Shown in pieces: positions 54,164 to 55,276 of a stretch of DNA of 55,276 bases. This DNA is from a virus (Duplodnaviria; Caudoviricetes), in the IMG/VR virus record IMGVR_UViG_3300032322_000863, positions 1-55,276 of that record. One strand, given 5' to 3'. The stretch's first letter is position 1. Each line of letters starts with the position of its first letter. The notes below the pieces were generated by a model that worked only from the letters and a program-made list of their open reading frames with translations, had not been told where the DNA came from and did no database searches. The position numbers were made by a program, and so were the translations under genes.

Positions 54164-54813
54164 TGCGCCACCTCCCTCGACCATTTGCGGATCCGCTCAC
54201 GCAGAACCCAAGCGGCGGCGGCGATCACCACAACAGCGAGGAGAACGATGACGATCTGGGCATTGCCGTCAAGCGAGCCGATAGCAGTCACCGCAGCGCC
54301 GGCTCCAGAGGCTATCTGGATGGCAGTGGCGCGCACTGTCGTGCTCTCTGTCAGTTTTGGCTGCGGGGGCTTCTTGGCCAGCCAGCGCTGGACGTTGAAG
54401 CCGGGGCAGGCCTTGGCGGCGACTTCATTGTGGCCGCGCACGAACTTGATGTCCGCGCGGGTCTTGATCTCCTCAATGAGCTTGAGAAGAGCCGCCTCCT
54501 GCTCCGCCGTGTAGTGGTCGCGGAAGTGGTCGTTTTCGTTGGAGCCGTGGCCGCCGATCAGGCAGATGCCAATGCTGCCAGTGTTGTGGCCGACAACATG
54601 CGCGCCCGGCATGCTCTCATCGCGGCCTACGCCGACAGTACCGTCCCGGTCAATAACGTGATGATAGCCAATAGTGCCAAAACCGCGCTTCTTGTGCCAG
54701 CGAATGATTTCCGTGATTTTAGAGGATAACGGCTTTCCCTCCATCCAATCCGGCTGGGTGGCCGAGCAGTGAATGAAGATGGCATCAACCGCCTTTTTCC
54801 CGTGCCGCAGCAT
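54160..54813 (-). CDS. Endolysin, T7-type N-acetylmuramoyl-L-alanine amidase with C-terminal TM segments
   Basis: IFIHCSAT, IGYHHVI, GAHVVGHN, IGICLIGG, GHNE..KACPGF. Confidence 0.9.
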   Translation of the reverse strand: MLRHGKKAVDAIFIHCSATQPDWMEGKPLSSKITEIIRWHKKRGFGTIGYHHVIDRDGTVGVGRDESMPGAHVVGHNTGSIGICLIGGHGSNENDHFRDHYTAEQEAALLKLIEEIKTRADIKFVRGHNEVAAKACPGFNVQRWLAKKPPQPKLTESTTVRATAIQIASGAGAAVTAIGSLDGNAQIVIVLLAVVVIAAAAWVLRERIRKWSREVAQ

Positions 54814-54820
54814 GGCGTCC

Positions 54821-55066
54821 TCATGGTCTAAGGTTTTTGTCGGCCTTCCCTTCCAGCTTGTCGTAGATGCGCTGGAACATGTCCTCGATATGCTGCATGC
54901 GCTTATCGAGGTCATTTTTGTTGACGTAGGTCTTGGGAAGCTCGACCTCCAACTCGTGGAGGTCTTCTTTTAGCTTCTGGAGCGACTCCCAAATGATCCT
55001 CGCCCACCAGCCGATGCCGGTCAAAATGATGCCGCCAGCGACGTTGATGAGCGATTGGGCATCCAT
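54821..55066 (-). CDS. Holin-like single-TM protein
   Basis: MDAQSLINVAGGIILTGIGWW, LPKTYV, coiled coil; upstream of the amidase. Confidence 0.6.
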   Translation of the reverse strand: MDAQSLINVAGGIILTGIGWWARIIWESLQKLKEDLHELEVELPKTYVNKNDLDKRMQHIEDMFQRIYDKLEGKADKNLRP

Positions 55067-55068
55067 GG

Positions 55069-55276
55069 TCACGCGGCCTCCGCCTGCGGAAGGGCGTATT
55101 TGCGGAATATGGCCGCGAACGCGCTTCCAGAGCTTCTCAAATACTCTTCGTTCACCTGCGACAGAACATTGTCGGACCACAAAGAGTCCCACAAGTGTAT
55201 CGCATAGGTCTCTTCCATATTAAACTCTGAAGCAGGTTTATGGAAGACGGACTGATCGTCCCAGTAGAACGGGCAG
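55069..55276 (-). CDS. 3' end of the MTase-GT2-TPR-GT32 fusion (continuation of 1..2300)
   Basis: ..YAIHLWDSLWSDNVLSQVNEEYLRSSGSAFAAIFRKYALPQAEAA-stop (TGA at 55069-55071). Confidence 0.85.
   Translation of the reverse strand, partial: CPFYWDDQSVFHKPASEFNMEETYAIHLWDSLWSDNVLSQVNEEYLRSSGSAFAAIFRKYALPQAEAA
55154..55276. repeat. 123-bp direct terminal overlap (copy 2)
   Basis: Identical to 1..123. Confidence 0.95.

Noticed and set aside
1-55276. tRNA/rRNA genes or stop-codon recoding
   Set aside because: No cloverleaf recognised in the short intergenic gaps, and core genes are intact in the standard code.

Overview
This window looks like a complete circular dsDNA tailed-phage genome of about 55,153 bp. 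Bases 1-123 recur exactly at 55154-55276, in the middle of a gene. The architecture is podovirus-like: no tape-measure, sheath or tail-tube gene is seen, and there is a P22-like portal, adaptor and nozzle, large ejection proteins and a Mu-gpT-like capsid. A GapR/DUF2312 gene suggests an alphaproteobacterial host. The minus strand carries a long packaging, structural and lysis arm that wraps through the origin (26403 to 1, then 55153 to 41356). The mostly plus-strand region 26.5-41.2 kb holds early, regulatory and replication genes: primase-AAA helicase, Sak4, SSB, Cas4-like exonuclease, SF2 helicase, VRR-NUC, dCTP deaminase and an SLT. I found no integrase, DNA polymerase, tRNA or CRISPR array. 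The most notable observations are: (i) a 794-aa methyltransferase-GT2-TPR-GT32 fusion, missed by the ORF track, downstream of a Gly-Pro-Thr collagen-like tail fibre and an SGNH esterase; (ii) a shared [RKYFM]-x-x-G-G motif punctuating at least seven late proteins, often at domain borders, suggesting a virion cargo targeting or processing system; (iii) a polyvalent ADP-ribosyltransferase protein paired with a hidden convergent 59-aa gene with its own promoter; (iv) an ejection protein with two internal S74-like autocleavage domains; (v) two operator families and a double-pseudoknot RNA downstream of the capsid gene. All product calls come from motif recognition by eye, not from database searches.
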